64,000 nt of DNA from an uncultured Ignavibacteria bacterium (lineage in GTDB: Bacteria > Zixibacteria > MSB-5A5 > RBG-16-43-9), in NCBI GenBank assembly GCA_964511075.1, contig CAZEDM010000005.1, forward strand, positions 135,427 to 199,426. Direction: 5' to 3'. Position numbers and translations under genes: made by a program. The notes under the pieces were generated by a model. The model ran no database searches. It was given only the letters and a program-made list of their open reading frames with translations, and had not been told where the DNA came from. Below are positions 21,304 through 30,176 of this stretch, in pieces (the first letter of the stretch is position 1; each line of letters starts with the position of its first letter).

Positions 21304-22146
21304 TCATTTTAGTTTAATATTATTTCTTGCATCCTCAAGAGCTTTTACACCTGATATATTGATGAAAATATGAAATCTGCTGACAATATCATCTAATTTG
21401 ACACTCCCTTTAGGATCTCGTTTGCGCCAAGGTAATTTTGGTTGCAATGGGAGATCTATCTCTGCAAAAGGGGAAAGTACTATCTGCTCAGTTTTATCTT
21501 CGATTCCAAACTTTTTAAAAAAATCTGGTGGAGGGTCTATTCGTCTCTTGCCACCTGAGAATATTGACGACCTGTGCTTAGATACATTATGTTGGTCAGC
21601 AATTTGACGTATTAAGTCCTTGTTTTCACACCAGTAACTTTTTAAGGAAGGGAAATAATTCTTATATCCTTCGACAAATTCTACTTTATCGTCTTTCTTT
21701 TGCTTACCTAAAATGTTCCAAGGGAAAATTTGGGCCAATTTGGTTTCATCAGTCACATCCTTAAATTGAATAGGATTTGCAACATATCCAAGTGCATTTA
21801 ACATATACACTATACACTCAACTGCCGAATCCATATTAAATAGCATTGATGAAAGATGATATTCAGTGAGTTCATAAAGAAAAAGCTCTCTCGTTTTGTG
21901 AGCAATTCCAGATTGAAAAATTAAATCAACTAAGCCCCAAGAGCGGATTTGGTAGTAATGAATTTCAACACCCAGAATCCGTGCACGTAATCCATCCAAA
22001 CCATTTATAAAATGATTAAGCCAGTCACCTTTATTGCCAAGATGAGTCTCATCGCTAGCATGTCGCGCAAAACTCCTTAAAACTTCAAAAGGAGACAAAT
22101 CAAATTTAAGAAAATAGTCATTCGATGTTCTATTATTATTCAACAA
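21304..22146 (-). CDS. hypothetical protein, AT-rich orphan
   Basis: A 280-aa ORF with no recognisable motifs. Its composition is visibly more AT-rich than its neighbours. Confidence 0.4.
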   Translation of the reverse strand: MLNNNRTSNDYFLKFDLSPFEVLRSFARHASDETHLGNKGDWLNHFINGLDGLRARILGVEIHYYQIRSWGLVDLIFQSGIAHKTRELFLYELTEYHLSSMLFNMDSAVECIVYMLNALGYVANPIQFKDVTDETKLAQIFPWNILGKQKKDDKVEFVEGYKNYFPSLKSYWCENKDLIRQIADQHNVSKHRSSIFSGGKRRIDPPPDFFKKFGIEDKTEQIVLSPFAEIDLPLQPKLPWRKRDPKGSVKLDDIVSRFHIFINISGVKALEDARNNIKLK

Positions 22147-22161
22147 TATATCCTTCTTTCT

Positions 22162-22602
22162 TTATTTTTTACTTACACTATTTAGCAATGTCAAATAAGC
22201 CGCAAAAATCGTGGTCAACAATTGTAGAAACGGGGATATAAATATCATCAGAGCCAGCCAGCCGATAAAGCTGATTCTTGGGTTATAAAGGATTAAGGGA
22301 ATCCCGAAATTCTTGAAATCGTATCCTAGGGTGAAAAGCAATTTAATCGTGGGCACCCAGAGAACAGCCATCACTATGAAAGTGAAAAGAGAAGTGGTGA
22401 TGGCATAATGTAAAACTTTTTTGAGAACATCCCCCGGGACTTCATAAAGCAGAGTTATTCTCCTGGCAATATACCATCCGACTACAAACCCGAATAATAT
22501 GCAGAAGATCGGGACGCCCATTCCCATGCCAACGCAGATTAAATCGAGAAATACAAAAATTAATAAGACAATTTTTGAGTTCAGTCTAAAAAGTCTGTCC
22601 AT
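22162..22602 (-). CDS. hypothetical small integral membrane protein (4 TM)
   Basis: Hydropathy pattern only. Confidence 0.4.
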   Translation of the reverse strand: MDRLFRLNSKIVLLIFVFLDLICVGMGMGVPIFCILFGFVVGWYIARRITLLYEVPGDVLKKVLHYAITTSLFTFIVMAVLWVPTIKLLFTLGYDFKNFGIPLILYNPRISFIGWLALMIFISPFLQLLTTIFAAYLTLLNSVSKK

Positions 22603-22605
22603 AGC

Positions 22606-23589
22606 CTACTCTCGAAATGATGCTATCGCCTCCTCCAGTGCAATTTTAACTGGAGTATAAGTTATGCCCAATTCTTTTTCAGCTTTGATCCCATCAAACC
22701 TGGTGCCTTCTTTCATCGTCCTCATCTGATCAACAGACATACCCCAGAGGGGCGGTCTTTTTACGATATTGGCTAAAAAAGTTAGAAGTATAGAGTTTAC
22801 CATAACCAGAGAACCAGGCAGGCTTATTCTGGGCAGGGGAACACCTGAGATCTCACTTACCATCTTGTTTATCTCTCCAAACGTCAGTTGATATTTCCCC
22901 ACTAAGTATTTCTCGCCGATATTGTTCTCCTTCTCAGTTGCTCTTATGATAGTCTCAGCCACATCTTTCACATACACAAAAGTGAAAAAGGAATTAACGA
23001 ATACCGTAGCAGGTAACCGCCGATAGATCAGATCTTTGATATATTTGCCAGTGGTTTTTGGGTCTCCCGGACCTAAGACCGCACCTGGGTATACCATAAC
23101 CAGAGGCAATTTATCTTTCTCATAAAGCTCCCAGGCAATAAGGTCACCCTCATATTTGGTTCGGAAATACTCGCTGAAGCGAACCGGACCAACCTCACTT
23201 TCCTCAGTGAAAGGACAATCCTTAGGTTTACCGTAAATCCCCGCTGTGCTGACATGCACCACCTTGGAGATACCCGTTTCCAGAGCACATTCCATCGCAT
23301 TTCGTGTACCTTTTATATTGACCTCTGTATAGATTTGCTTATCAGGCTCCCAGAAGGAGTAGAGATTAGCTAAGTTGATCACCGCATCGCAACCCCTCAT
23401 CCCCTCAAGTATAGACTTTTTATCAGTTACATCTCCAATAATGATACTGGCTCCAGACCCTTGCAGAAGATCAGTTTTGCTTTCCTTCCTGACCAGACAG
23501 TTAAGCTTATGTTCTGTTTGAGCTAATCTTTTAATTAAATGAGTTCCAATGAATCCCGTAGCCCCGGTGATGAAAAGTTTCATTTTCAC
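22606..23589 (-). CDS. NAD-dependent epimerase/dehydratase family protein (extended SDR)
   Basis: GATGFIGTHL Rossmann motif and a YxxxK-like catalytic region. Confidence 0.75.
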   Translation of the reverse strand: MKMKLFITGATGFIGTHLIKRLAQTEHKLNCLVRKESKTDLLQGSGASIIIGDVTDKKSILEGMRGCDAVINLANLYSFWEPDKQIYTEVNIKGTRNAMECALETGISKVVHVSTAGIYGKPKDCPFTEESEVGPVRFSEYFRTKYEGDLIAWELYEKDKLPLVMVYPGAVLGPGDPKTTGKYIKDLIYRRLPATVFVNSFFTFVYVKDVAETIIRATEKENNIGEKYLVGKYQLTFGEINKMVSEISGVPLPRISLPGSLVMVNSILLTFLANIVKRPPLWGMSVDQMRTMKEGTRFDGIKAEKELGITYTPVKIALEEAIASFRE

Positions 23590-23672
23590 TCCCTTAATTG
23601 TTATCTCTTAGTGCGGTTCTTTCAGGATCGCTTAGCAAATAGAGACATATGTTATGCTTCTCTAAAATCTCA

Positions 23673-24440
23673 TTACTTGGCTGTATATCCTCCATCAATC
23701 ACCAGCTCGCTGCCGGTAACGAATTTGGATTCATCTGAGGCAAAATAGAGGATACCATTAGATATATCCTCCGTCTCACCAATATGTCCTATTGGCTGTA
23801 AACTGTCCAGCATTTTTCTTCCTGCCTCCACATCCCCCTGAGATCTTAAGAAGTTTTCCAGCATAGGAGTCCAGATAAAACCAGGATGGACTGAGTTGAC
23901 CCTGATTTTATCCTTGGCATAAAGAAAGGCATCTGTTTTGGTCATAATTCTCACCGCTCCTTTGGAAGCATGATAGGGAGGCACATCTGGCGCACTCACA
24001 ATCCCATAAATGGAAGAAAGATTGATAATGCTACCACCACCAGCTCTTCTCATATAGGGTATTGTATGTTTGGTGCAGAAAAAGACCCCTTTGACATTGA
24101 CTGCCATAACCCTATCCCACTCCTCCTCTGTCAGTTCATCCGTGGGTTTGCTGGGCCCGGCAATGCCGGCATTATTGACCAAAACACCTATTTTGCCAAA
24201 GGTCTGGTTAATCTCAGAGAATACTTTCTGAACCTCTTTTTCATTCGAGACATCCAGATGCCAGAATCTGGCAATCCCACCAAAGCTTTTGATCTCATCA
24301 ACCACTTTCTGCCCCTCTCTGTCCAGAATATCAGTAACCACAACCTTCGCCCCCTCTTGGGCTAAAAGGATGCAGGTGGCTTTACCAATTCCCAATGAGC
24401 CGCCTGTCACGATAGCAACTTTATTTTCTACTCTACCCAT
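23673..24440 (-). CDS. SDR family oxidoreductase (FabG / glucose-1-dehydrogenase-like)
   Basis: KVAIVTGGSLGIGKA, NNAG and the catalytic YHASKGAV motif. Confidence 0.8.
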   Translation of the reverse strand: MGRVENKVAIVTGGSLGIGKATCILLAQEGAKVVVTDILDREGQKVVDEIKSFGGIARFWHLDVSNEKEVQKVFSEINQTFGKIGVLVNNAGIAGPSKPTDELTEEEWDRVMAVNVKGVFFCTKHTIPYMRRAGGGSIINLSSIYGIVSAPDVPPYHASKGAVRIMTKTDAFLYAKDKIRVNSVHPGFIWTPMLENFLRSQGDVEAGRKMLDSLQPIGHIGETEDISNGILYFASDESKFVTGSELVIDGGYTAK

Positions 24441-24510
24441 TCACACCTCCTTGTCAGATTAAAGCTTTGACAGTCGAAGGATACAAATTTTGCTCTGAGA
24501 ATTTCATACC

Positions 24511-25815
24511 CTACTTGAAAAAAGGTCGAATCACCCTGCCTGTAAATTTACGGTAAATTACCTCAATGGCGAAAGCCAGTCCGAGCATGAAAAGAAGAAC
24601 CCAAAGATTGTTCTTCGATTCCCTGACTGTCTGCCAGATCAACAAGCCTAATGCTGCGATACAGATAACTATACCAGATCCCGAAATCCATCTATGGCTT
24701 TTCGTCTTTATATAAAGACGAAAATTGGAACCGTTCACAGCCGCAAAGACCAGTAAAAATCCGCAGCTTCCCATCATGGAAATGCTGGATAGATCGAACA
24801 GGTTGGCTATCAGCAGGGTCAAGGCAGAGGTAATAAAAAGACCTTCCACAGGACGATTCCATATCTTCTTCTCCAATTCCTCGGGCAGTTCTCCCTCCTT
24901 GGCGATTATGTAGCTGATGCGAGAAGCCCCATACAGGGTAGCATTGATCGCCGAGGAGGTGGACAAAAGGGCTGCGATGGCGATAAGGGTAAAACCAAAA
25001 GTTCCCATAAAGGGTTTGGAAGCAACTGCCAGCGCATAATCCTTGGCTCCCACAATCTGACTTATAGGCAGATTCCCCACTGCCACGATGGAGATGAGAA
25101 CATATAATACAATGACAAACCCGACTGCAGAATAATAAGCACGGGGAAGGGTCTTCCGGGGATCTTTTACCTCTCCAGCGGTATTGGCAATTAGCTCAAA
25201 ACCCTCATAGGCCAGAAAAATAATCATCCCGCCAGCTATCAGCTGCAGTGAGGTAGACCAGGTGGATAGCTGCAATCGCTGAATCTCTATGCTTCGGAAG
25301 CCCGTTACAATGAAGAGGACCAGGATGGCAATTTTGAATCCCACTATCCACTCCTCAGCCTCGCCTATGACCCTGGCCTGTAGAATATTTAAACCGGTTA
25401 ACAGGAGGATAATACCACTGGTCAATATATGTTTCCAGACCATCTGATCTGTAGCAGGGAAAAAGGTAGCACCGTAACTACCAAAAGCATAGGCATAAAG
25501 GGAAAGCATCACGATGTAGCTTAACCAGAGGAGGATATTAATTCCTCCGGTGATTAATCCGGAACCGAAGGCCTGATTCAAAAACTCGACCGTGCCTCCG
25601 GGGCTGGGATAGGTGACCGACAGCCTGGCATAAGAGTAGGATGTGATTAGAGCAACCACACCTGCCAGGGTGAAAGCAATGAAGGTCCCCCCCTCTGCCA
25701 GCTGAACCGCAAGACCAAGGACGGCAAAAATTCCGCCACCCACCATCCCTCCCACTCCTATGGAAACTACTGACCAAAATCCAACGAACTTTCTTTTTGA
25801 CCGGAAACTGCTCAA
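24511..25815 (-). CDS. APC-family amino acid permease
   Basis: About 12 TM helices and the N-terminal GVGGMVGGGIF APC motif. Confidence 0.75.
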   Translation of the reverse strand: MSSFRSKRKFVGFWSVVSIGVGGMVGGGIFAVLGLAVQLAEGGTFIAFTLAGVVALITSYSYARLSVTYPSPGGTVEFLNQAFGSGLITGGINILLWLSYIVMLSLYAYAFGSYGATFFPATDQMVWKHILTSGIILLLTGLNILQARVIGEAEEWIVGFKIAILVLFIVTGFRSIEIQRLQLSTWSTSLQLIAGGMIIFLAYEGFELIANTAGEVKDPRKTLPRAYYSAVGFVIVLYVLISIVAVGNLPISQIVGAKDYALAVASKPFMGTFGFTLIAIAALLSTSSAINATLYGASRISYIIAKEGELPEELEKKIWNRPVEGLFITSALTLLIANLFDLSSISMMGSCGFLLVFAAVNGSNFRLYIKTKSHRWISGSGIVICIAALGLLIWQTVRESKNNLWVLLFMLGLAFAIEVIYRKFTGRVIRPFFK

Positions 25816-26034
25816 GGATAAAACCTCATCTCAGCTAAGGTCCTCAGCATAAAAAAAGTGATCAACAAAACAGATTAGAATTAAGGTGCTCACCGGATGA
25901 ACTGCGTATTTCCCGACCGTAGACTCGAGGACCAAATTTCTGAATATCCCATTCAGTATGGTTGATATCGCAAAAACCAACCAAATTCTAAGTGCAGATT
26001 TAAGTATTTTCATCCTTATTTGAAAACTCTCCAG

Positions 26035-26589
26035 CTATTGATGATCCATCTGCTTACGAATCTTCTCCCTGGTTTTTTTGCCTGCTAATTTCTCACAGAG
26101 ATATAAACCTAAATCTATTGAGGAGATAACGCCTCTGGCGGTAATCACATCTCCTTCATCCACAATCCTTTTATTCACCACTTTTGAACAGAATCTTTTC
26201 AACTCCTTAAAAGCTCCAGGATGGGTGGTCGCTTTTTTCCCTTTTAGAAATCCAGCCTCACCCAAAAGCAAAGAGCCGGTGCAGACCGAGACTATGAATT
26301 TACAATCTTCTGCGGTTTTGAGCCACCTGATAAAACCTTTATCCCTGGCTAATTTTCTGGAGCCGAATCCACCCGGCACGATCACCATATCATAATTTTT
26401 GAGAGATTTGTTAACCTTGGTGGGAATGAAAACAAGGCCGGTGTTGTCCTTGATTTTTCTGGTATACGAACAGATATCCCATTTCAGATTTTTTAAAAAG
26501 CCCATACCCTTAAGCCGGGTCAAAGGGTCATACACCCCTATAAAATCCAGGGCAGTCATTTCGTTATATATGATAAAAGCAATTTTCAT
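26035..26589 (-). CDS. DJ-1/PfpI family protein
   Basis: MKIAFIIYNEMTALDFIGVYD, nucleophile elbow VCTGSLLLGEAG and the PGG motif. Confidence 0.75.
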   Translation of the reverse strand: MKIAFIIYNEMTALDFIGVYDPLTRLKGMGFLKNLKWDICSYTRKIKDNTGLVFIPTKVNKSLKNYDMVIVPGGFGSRKLARDKGFIRWLKTAEDCKFIVSVCTGSLLLGEAGFLKGKKATTHPGAFKELKRFCSKVVNKRIVDEGDVITARGVISSIDLGLYLCEKLAGKKTREKIRKQMDHQ

Positions 26590-26634
26590 AAAGCCCCTAT
26601 GATGTTATCTCAAAAAAGCTATTTACCTCCGGCT

Positions 26635-28266
26635 TTAAATCTGCTCTAACCCTTTGAAAAAAGCAGGCCAGAAGGGGTCCTGTTTGGGTATAGCTAAAGT
26701 CACGGTTTTCCCATCCAGCCTTTTCATAACCCTCTTCTTGTTCTTAAGGACTTTCCCTATGATGGATGCTTTTATACCTATCTCTTTCAGCTTTTTAAGG
26801 ACTTTCTTAGAGTGAGTAGGATTGACTGTAAGCAAAAGTGAGCCTTCGGCAATTGCTGCTACCGGGTCGATATTTAATTCCTCGCAGACGAATCTCACTT
26901 CCTCAGGATAAATAAATAATTCCTCGTCTATCTCCATCCCCACATTGCTGGCATTGGCAATCTCGAAAAGACCCCCTATAACCCCGCCTTCTGTGGCATC
27001 GTGCATCGAGGTAACCCCGCCTGTCTCCATTGCAGCCAGGCAATCCTTAACCACGGTCATCTGCTTGCAAAGCGATTTTGCTTTTTCCACCAGCGAGGAA
27101 GGATATTTCTCCTTTAATATTTTTTCATACAAAAAGGAGAGTATTCCCACTGTCTCTATGGCTGGCCCTTTGGTCAAAATCACATCATCCCCCGGTTTTG
27201 CTCCAAGCGGAGTAACATATTCATCCTTGTCTGCTATGGAAAAAACGGTTATCCCTCCTATTAAGGGGACAGCACCAACCGGATAATATCCTGTATGCCC
27301 TCCGACTATGGTGATCTCCAGTTCGAGCGCAGTTCTATGGATGGAATCCACGATTTCTCTGAAATCCTCATCCCTGGTCTGCGGGGGCATCAAGAGAGTA
27401 TAGGTCATATATTTCGGCTTAACCCCTATCACTGCCACATCGCTTGCCCCGATATGCACGGTATACCAGCCGAACATCTCCAGAGACTGCCCGGGTATGG
27501 TGAAAATCGGATCCTCGGCAACTACAAGCACCTTATCATCGCCGATATCGATAACCGTAGCATCCACACCAGTCAAAGGGGGGACTAAAACGCTTTTGTC
27601 CTTTTTACCTAATCTCTTCAAGATAAACTGTTCAAAACTCTCCAGGTCGATCTTCCCGATCTTGGGAAGAGGCTGAAAGCTTTGAGCATAGGATCTGGCA
27701 ATCTCACAAATCTGCTCTGCTATCTTTACTGGATTTTCTCCTATCATTACTGATAAAGGCTCTTTGCCTAAAGCCTCAGTCTCATAGAATATCTTTGGGG
27801 CTTTACCTTCTGAAGACCTGATCAGTTCTTTTATCTTCCAGGGCATAGAGGCGCCCTCTTTCTCTATCACTTCTGCTGGTTCCTTTTCCCGGTCGATCAC
27901 ACCGAAGACCCATCCTTTAGATTTGCAGTACCCTCTCAACCACTTCATCAGAGGAGGATTGGAGGCAAAATTTATCCCAGCCCTGACGGAGGGATCGAAT
28001 TTATTCAATTCGATGATCAGCCTTGCCATGTGGCTGGAGGCGCCGAATTTTGGTCTGCCAGAGGCATAAGGCATTCCATTCACCATAGTTATCCTGCCGT
28101 CAATAGCCAAAACATCCTCAGGAGTTTTGGGATTTGTTTTAGCATAGACCAAATTCGCCCTTACCTCCGGGATAAGAGATACAAATTCCTTACATCCCTC
28201 GATCTTCTCCAGAGCTAAAATCATTTCAGCCAAAAGCTCTGATTTTTCATCTCTTATGCTTGACAT
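26635..28266 (-). CDS. AIR-synthase-related (PurM-like) protein with an extra roughly 200-aa N-terminal domain
   Basis: C-terminal half carries PurM-superfamily blocks (DATVIDIGDDKVLVVAEDP, HIGASDVAVIGVKPKY, GGHTGYYP, DATEGGV). The N-terminal domain is unassigned. Confidence 0.55.
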   Translation of the reverse strand: MSSIRDEKSELLAEMILALEKIEGCKEFVSLIPEVRANLVYAKTNPKTPEDVLAIDGRITMVNGMPYASGRPKFGASSHMARLIIELNKFDPSVRAGINFASNPPLMKWLRGYCKSKGWVFGVIDREKEPAEVIEKEGASMPWKIKELIRSSEGKAPKIFYETEALGKEPLSVMIGENPVKIAEQICEIARSYAQSFQPLPKIGKIDLESFEQFILKRLGKKDKSVLVPPLTGVDATVIDIGDDKVLVVAEDPIFTIPGQSLEMFGWYTVHIGASDVAVIGVKPKYMTYTLLMPPQTRDEDFREIVDSIHRTALELEITIVGGHTGYYPVGAVPLIGGITVFSIADKDEYVTPLGAKPGDDVILTKGPAIETVGILSFLYEKILKEKYPSSLVEKAKSLCKQMTVVKDCLAAMETGGVTSMHDATEGGVIGGLFEIANASNVGMEIDEELFIYPEEVRFVCEELNIDPVAAIAEGSLLLTVNPTHSKKVLKKLKEIGIKASIIGKVLKNKKRVMKRLDGKTVTLAIPKQDPFWPAFFKGLEQI

Positions 28267-28319
28267 ATCTTTACCTTTCTCTCACAGTTGCCCGATTCAT
28301 TGGGGGATTTCCGTAGTTA

Positions 28320-28450
28320 GTTTTTGTCAAGTAGTCCTACAGTCAACAAGCTCACTGCCTGAGTTTGTCGAAGGGCGGACATACTTGACCTACCTGCTGA
28401 AAGCCTCGCCCTTCGACTGTAGGGGCACATTGCAATGTGCCCCTACACAG
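28320..28450. repeat. REP cluster (family-B element, long GTCGAAGGGCG/CGCCCTTCGAC hairpin, perfect palindrome TGTAGGGGCACATTGCAATGTGCCCCTACA)
   Basis: Inverted repeats read directly from the sequence. GTAG heads. Confidence 0.65.
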
Positions 28451-28455
28451 AAAAA

Positions 28456-29904
28456 CTAACAACTTGCTCCAAAATCCTTTTTGAAAGCCTCGACCAGCTT
28501 TGCACCCCAGTTATCCAATGGAACCAACTTGCCGAAGAAAAATCTCAAAACCGGCGGCTCCTCCACGAACTTCAATCCTTTAACCATATCCCGGTGCTGT
28601 AATAGCCAGTTCAGCCTGTCAACCACATACTCGATCTGCGACATGGTATAGACCCTTCGGGGAACTGCCAGCCGGGCTAATTCCAGGTCTGAGGCGATCT
28701 CCTCTTTTGTGTCCGGGTCACGGTCAACTGAAATCGTGCCTCTTTCCATAGTCCTCACCCCGGAGATAATATAGATTGCAGCAGATAAAGCACCTGCTGG
28801 ATACTGATTCCAGGGGATATGGGGTAAAAACAGCTTGGCATCCACATGGCAGGCAAGTCCTCCTGGAGGAGTGACCACAGGGACTTTATGATCGATTAGC
28901 CTCTCTGCAAAATATTTTACAAACTCAGCCGCACTGCCTGCCACATTCACGTCCGTCATCTCCCTTAATCCCACTGCCATAGCCTCGATCTCCTTGGTTG
29001 ACATCCCGCCGTAGGTCAAGAACCCCTCATACACCGGAAGCCAGGGCTTTATCGCCTCGAAATATTCCTTGTTATTGGTAGCGATGAATCCGCCTCTCAC
29101 GCAACTGCTCTTTCTGCCCGAGAGATAGAAGATATCGACATAGCTCATCATCTCTGTGATTATCTCCTGAATAGATTTATTCTCATACCCCTTTTCCCTC
29201 TTTTTGATGAAATAGGCATTCTCTGAAATCAAACTTCCGTCATACACCAACATGATATTATTGTCTGAGGCAATCTTCTTCACCTCTTTTAAATTCTGCA
29301 GAGAGAATGGTTGTCCTCCTAAAAGATTTGTAGTTGCCTCCATCCTTATAAAGGATACTTTATCTTTCCCGTATTTCTTTATGACATCCTTGAACTTCTG
29401 TAAATCTAAATTCCCTTTAAAAAGGTTGGTGCTCTGCGTATTTAAAGCCTCATCCGTGTAGATTTCCAAGACCCTTCCTCCGGCCAGTTCGAAATGGGCT
29501 CGGGTGGTGGTGAAATGGTAGTTCATCGGGACAACGTCCCCGGGCTTCACAAATACTTTGGCTAAGAGATGCTCAGCCGCCCTGCCCTGATGAACCGGCA
29601 GAACATATTCGAACCCCAATACATCTTTTATGGCAGAAGCCAATTTATAGAAACTCTCGCACCCGGCATAGGCATCGTCTGAGACCATCATGGCCGCCAG
29701 CTGGTTATCGCTCATGGCATTGGTCCCGCTGTCAGTAAGCATATCCAGAAAAAGGTCTCTGGTGCGTAAAGAGAAGGTATTATACCCACCCTCTTCAATA
29801 GCCTTAAGCCTCTGGTCAGCTGGTATAAGAAAAGTCTTCTGCACAATCCTCACCTTGTGCATCTCCATAGGGAGCTCTTTACCATTGGAAAGCTTCACTA
29901 TCAT
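28456..29904 (-). CDS. tnaA: tryptophanase / tyrosine phenol-lyase family (beta-eliminating lyase, PLP-dependent)
   Basis: Collinear similarity to E. coli TnaA across the whole protein (DLLTDSGT, VHQGRAAE, NAYFIKKRE, SGRKSSCVRGGFIA with the PLP-Lys region). Confidence 0.8.
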   Translation of the reverse strand: MIVKLSNGKELPMEMHKVRIVQKTFLIPADQRLKAIEEGGYNTFSLRTRDLFLDMLTDSGTNAMSDNQLAAMMVSDDAYAGCESFYKLASAIKDVLGFEYVLPVHQGRAAEHLLAKVFVKPGDVVPMNYHFTTTRAHFELAGGRVLEIYTDEALNTQSTNLFKGNLDLQKFKDVIKKYGKDKVSFIRMEATTNLLGGQPFSLQNLKEVKKIASDNNIMLVYDGSLISENAYFIKKREKGYENKSIQEIITEMMSYVDIFYLSGRKSSCVRGGFIATNNKEYFEAIKPWLPVYEGFLTYGGMSTKEIEAMAVGLREMTDVNVAGSAAEFVKYFAERLIDHKVPVVTPPGGLACHVDAKLFLPHIPWNQYPAGALSAAIYIISGVRTMERGTISVDRDPDTKEEIASDLELARLAVPRRVYTMSQIEYVVDRLNWLLQHRDMVKGLKFVEEPPVLRFFFGKLVPLDNWGAKLVEAFKKDFGASC

Positions 29905-30059
29905 TTAAACCTCCTTATATGATATATAGTTGAGTTTTAAATCATCTCTTTTATCTAAAGACATTTAAGACCTTAATTTATCTTTTAAATTTATAAAAAT
30001 CAACCATATTCTTTAATTTAAGGGACTAAAAAGCTCTGGTCTTTCTTTCTTGTGTAGCG

Positions 30060-30115
30060 GAACTCTTTAGAGTTCCATAAAAATGGAGGTCTGATCCGCC
30101 TCTGGCGGACCGCTA
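30060..30115. repeat. compound REP (outer stem TGTAGCGG/CCGCTACA enclosing two hairpins)
   Basis: GGAACTCTTTAGAGTTCC and TCCGCCTCTGGCGGA hairpins sit inside an 8-bp outer stem. Confidence 0.6.
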
Positions 30116-30176
30116 CAAAAAATTAAGCTTCTCTCTAATTCTCTCCAGCAAGGGAGAGAGGGGATCGTCTCACATC

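Noticed and set aside
25831-26013. 60-aa hydrophobic ORF upstream of the APC permease
   Set aside because: It is plausible as a small membrane protein but has only a weak RBS and no conservation evidence. Left uncalled.
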